A stretch of 63,309 nucleotides of DNA, filler included, from Candidatus Rokuibacteriota bacterium (GTDB taxonomy: Bacteria; JAUVQV01; DATDCY01), in assembly GCA_031406795.1 (NCBI GenBank). It is 5 parts of 5 records of this genome, joined end to end, with 100 filler letters (N's around TTAATTAATTAA, not from the genome) between each part and the next. Parts side by side here need not be neighbours in the genome. Positions count along the whole stretch, not along the records: positions 50,663 to 63,309 come from JANOHV010000173.1; 4 more parts are not named here. The stretch is one strand, 5' to 3'. Position numbers and translations under genes: made by a program. Under the pieces are notes generated by a model. That model did no database searches and was not told the DNA's origin. It was given only the letters and a program-made list of their open reading frames with translations. This document shows, piece after piece, positions 61,501-63,309 of the stretch. Position 1 is the first letter of the stretch. Every line of letters starts with the position of its first letter.

Positions 61501-62110
61501 CCGCGCCGCCCGTCAGCCCGGTGCCCGCCCCGCGGGGAATCGCATGCAGCCCGAGCCCGGCGATCGCCGCCAGCAGCGGCTGCACCTGCCCCGCGTCGGT
61601 CGGGAAGACCACGGCCGCCGGCAGGTACAGGCGCCAGTCGGTGGCGTCGGTCGCATGAGAGACCAGCGAGAAGGGGTCGAACAGCACATTCGTCGCCCCG
61701 ACGACCGCCCCGAGACTGCGGCGGATCCGCTCGCGCTCGGCCGGGATTCCGGCCATCTCGCGGCGGAACGCCGCCAGCAGCGTCGTCGCCCGCTCGAGGA
61801 CTTCATGAACGAGCGGATCGTCGCCGGCCTGGCGGCCGATCAGCCCGAGATCGTCCGCGAGGCTGCCGAACAGGTGGCGACGGCGCTTCGGGTCGAGCAC
61901 GAGTTCCTCGACCAGAAAGGGGTTGCGCCGGTGGATGAAGATCTCGCCGAGCACGCGCATCAGCAGGCGGGCCAGGCGGCCCGTCACGCGCCTGGCCCGC
62001 AGCCGCTCGATCGCCGCCCACCCCGCGGCGCCCAGCAGCAGCGTGACCACCTGGCGGTCGTCGGCCGAGGTGTAGTTGAAACGGATCTCGCGCTGATCGG
62101 ACATGCTCAT
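58508..62110 (-). CDS. large FAD-binding / Fe-S oxidoreductase (DUF3683/DUF3400-type)
   Basis: PRGAGTGLTGG, NAGG, HAGDGNVH, SGEHGIG, CxxCxxCxxxC motifs, CCG domains. Confidence 0.9.
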   Translation of the reverse strand: MSMSDQREIRFNYTSADDRQVVTLLLGAAGWAAIERLRARRVTGRLARLLMRVLGEIFIHRRNPFLVEELVLDPKRRRHLFGSLADDLGLIGRQAGDDPLVHEVLERATTLLAAFRREMAGIPAERERIRRSLGAVVGATNVLFDPFSLVSHATDATDWRLYLPAAVVFPTDAGQVQPLLAAIAGLGLHAIPRGAGTGLTGGAVPLQAGCVIVNTERLDRIRGIEARDFTLPDGRPVRAQVMILEAGVVTERAMEAAAERGLVFATDPTSAWACTIGGNISENAGGKTAVRYGTCIDNLLAWSIAMPGGSFTVRRLDHPLRKILPGDTVRWRVEDAAGSEVRTIALPAGEIRCAGLWKDITNKALGGVPGLQKEGTDGVITAAEFVLHPQYEAAATLCLEFFGDDMDEASEVILELVRAFPDGGGEALEALEHFDGQYVRAIDYRVKAARAGTPKAVLLVDVVGHDDAQLRRAVATIRAILERHANTEVAVARDAIEAKRFWADRKRLGAIAARTNAFKLNEDVVLPLEALAEFSRWVDAVNLEEERENLGELVRRLRDYFEAAPPQEDPRWADGKITRALDLCEETLEALSWEGAEAMRGGTAIEGLLAQLRELVRGYPALAAGIEGIVGFVRSRLVVLATHMHAGDGNVHVNIPVMSNDRPMLRRAEAAVDRLMEKTAALGGVCSGEHGIGVTKLKYLAPSLRAALAAYRRVADPGGLMNPGKLEDLAALELIFTPSFNLLELEARILKHGLLEDLALRIAHCVRCGKCKPDCCVFYPGGGLFYHPRNKNLAIGALVEALLYDAQRERGGAFELLRNLEQLADHCTLCHKCLKPCPVGIDTGEVSILEREILTAHGFKHTALATRATLGYLESISPPAIRLFGAVVLGAGGATQRLVARAVRPLRKPAGAGRGSLFGSPLPPPDPIGLRDVLPRCEPDQALVFEPEGAARATVFYFPGCGSERLYGSVGLAALHLLLARGARVVLPPPYLCCGFPAYANARTEMHGRISLRDAILFAQIREMFSHLAFDAVAVTCGTCRESLVALEVGKVFGCAVTDAPRLALDLGAPVAIDGDFLYHTPCHDSLDGRGAALLAAAGATIVVVPHCCSEAGTLALSRPDITGAMLHRKRAALAEARTGRRGTAVLLTNCPSCLTGLGRNRDLGVEPRHIAVELARALSGPGWLETLRERARTAQPVRF

Positions 62111-62168
62111 GGGCGGGGAATCCTCTCCCCGCGCCGCCGCAATGTCAAGCTGCGCGCGGCGCCGGCCG

Positions 62169-62324
62169 GTAACCGTTCAGTGAAGTGCAGTAACTTTTCC
62201 CGTTCGTGGTGAGCCGTGAGCTTGACGAACGGTCGAACCACGAACGGGAAGTCTTCATACAAGCGCCCTTCGACGGGCTCAGGGCGAACGGTACTGATCG
62301 GGCCACCGTTCAATGAAGGGTTAC
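62169..62324. mobile_element. MITE family B, copy 2
   Basis: TIR GTAACCGTTCAGTGAA / TTCAATGAAGGGTTAC; flanks GCCGGCCG and GCCGGCCC (7/8 match); body similar to 17929-18072. Confidence 0.85.
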
Positions 62325-63309
62325 GCCGGCCCGCCGGTGCGGAAGAGCGCCACAAGACGGGCGCCCAGTTCCTCGACGGTCCCCGGCTTCTGGATCAGCG
62401 CGAGGGCGCCCAGCGCCCGTGCCGCCTGGCCGTGCTCGGCCGTGACGTACCCCGATGTCAGCACGATCGGCGTGTCGCCCCGCGCCGCCAGAAGTTCCCG
62501 GGCCAGTTCGATCCCGGTCATCCCCGGCATCGCCAGGTCGGTCACGACGAAATCGTACGCCGCCGGGTCGCGCCGGAACGCCGCGAGCGCCGCAGCCGGG
62601 TCGGTGTACCCGGCCACGACGCAGCCGTGCCGCTCGAGGTAGCGCCGGACCAGCTCCAGCAGCGGCGCTTCGTCTTCGACGCAGAGCACCCGCCAGGGCG
62701 CGGCGCCGCCTGGCGCGCCTGGCGCGCACGGTGCGGCCGGCGGCGCGCCGGCGTCGCCCCCGGGTTCATCAAGGGCCTCGCGGACTTTGGCGGCGAGTTC
62801 TCGGAGCGAAAACGGCTTCTGGATGAACCGGACGTTCTCCTCCAGCACGCCGTGGGTGGCGATCACGTCGGCAGTGTAGCCGGACATGAACAGACACGTG
62901 AGCTGCGGGATCTCCACCTTCAGCCGCCGCGCCAGGTCCCGGCCGTTCAGCTCCGGCATGATGACGTCGGTGATCAGCAGGCGGATCGCTCCGCGGTGCT
63001 CCCGGGCCAGCCGCAATGCCTCGCCGGTCGTGCCGGCACAAAGCACCGCGTACCCCAGCTGCTCGAGCATCGCCGCCCCCAGCATCAGGATCGACTCCTC
63101 GTCCTCCACCAGCAGCACCGCCTCCCCGCGGCCGCGCGGCATTTCGGCGGACGGCGCGGCCGACGCCTCGGTGACGACACCGAAGCACCTGGGCAGGCAG
63201 ATCCTGACGCTCGTCCCCTTCCCCGGTTCGCTGAAGACGTGAATGTAGCCCTCGTTCTGCTTGATGATGCCGTACACGGTGGCCAGCCCCAGCCCGGTCC
63301 CCTTCCCCA
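62321..63309 (-). CDS. hybrid histidine kinase with two receiver domains (5' part outside window)
   Basis: GKGTGLGLATVYG, LLVEDE..TDVIMP, LCVEDE..TDLAMP. Confidence 0.9.
   Translation of the reverse strand, partial: GKGTGLGLATVYGIIKQNEGYIHVFSEPGKGTSVRICLPRCFGVVTEASAAPSAEMPRGRGEAVLLVEDEESILMLGAAMLEQLGYAVLCAGTTGEALRLAREHRGAIRLLITDVIMPELNGRDLARRLKVEIPQLTCLFMSGYTADVIATHGVLEENVRFIQKPFSLRELAAKVREALDEPGGDAGAPPAAPCAPGAPGGAAPWRVLCVEDEAPLLELVRRYLERHGCVVAGYTDPAAALAAFRRDPAAYDFVVTDLAMPGMTGIELARELLAARGDTPIVLTSGYVTAEHGQAARALGALALIQKPGTVEELGARLVALFRTGGPA

Noticed and set aside
58370-62212. Very long antisense ORFs (1280 aa here; also 6589-9390, 18333-20651, 41482-43551)
   Set aside because: Shadow frames of high-GC genes with no recognisable motifs.

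Overview
High-GC bacterial sequence with deltaproteobacterial-like gene content, probably from a metagenome bin. It is five contigs joined by artificial 100-nt linkers (N44-TTAATTAATTAA-N44), so adjacency across linkers means nothing. Contig 1 (1-23986): a GAF-GAF-GGDEF cyclase whose 5' end is replaced by an inverted diverged copy of itself, an NMT1-type binding protein/HAMP kinase/Rcp1-like regulator, tRNA-Leu(GAG), rluD-radical SAM-rng, a heme-c sensor kinase with a Cys/Trp tail, a btu-like B12 uptake operon, an S8 protease with FG-GAP repeats, and an NrdR-boxed class II ribonucleotide reductase with a LAGLIDADG intein. Contig 2: part of an aryl-polyene/flexirubin-like type II FAS/PKS cluster. 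Contig 3: a toxin-antitoxin cluster. Contig 4: a mosaic copper/metal island (CopZ, CusA remnant, Tat beta-propeller + DUF305, two DUF1566 paralogs bracketing CopA, Met-rich proteins and multiheme cytochromes behind a sigma54/IHF promoter with an adjacent NtrC-type two-component system), then a DUF2868/DUF3482 pair. Contig 5: ino1-surE-suhB, moaDECA, M48 and HD genes, a large FAD/Fe-S oxidoreductase and a hybrid kinase. Two MITE/REP-like repeat families are dispersed; one has 8-bp target-site duplications. The best candidate for an undescribed system is the sigma54-controlled CopA/multiheme-cytochrome/DUF1566 cassette. All family assignments come from motif recognition, not database searches.
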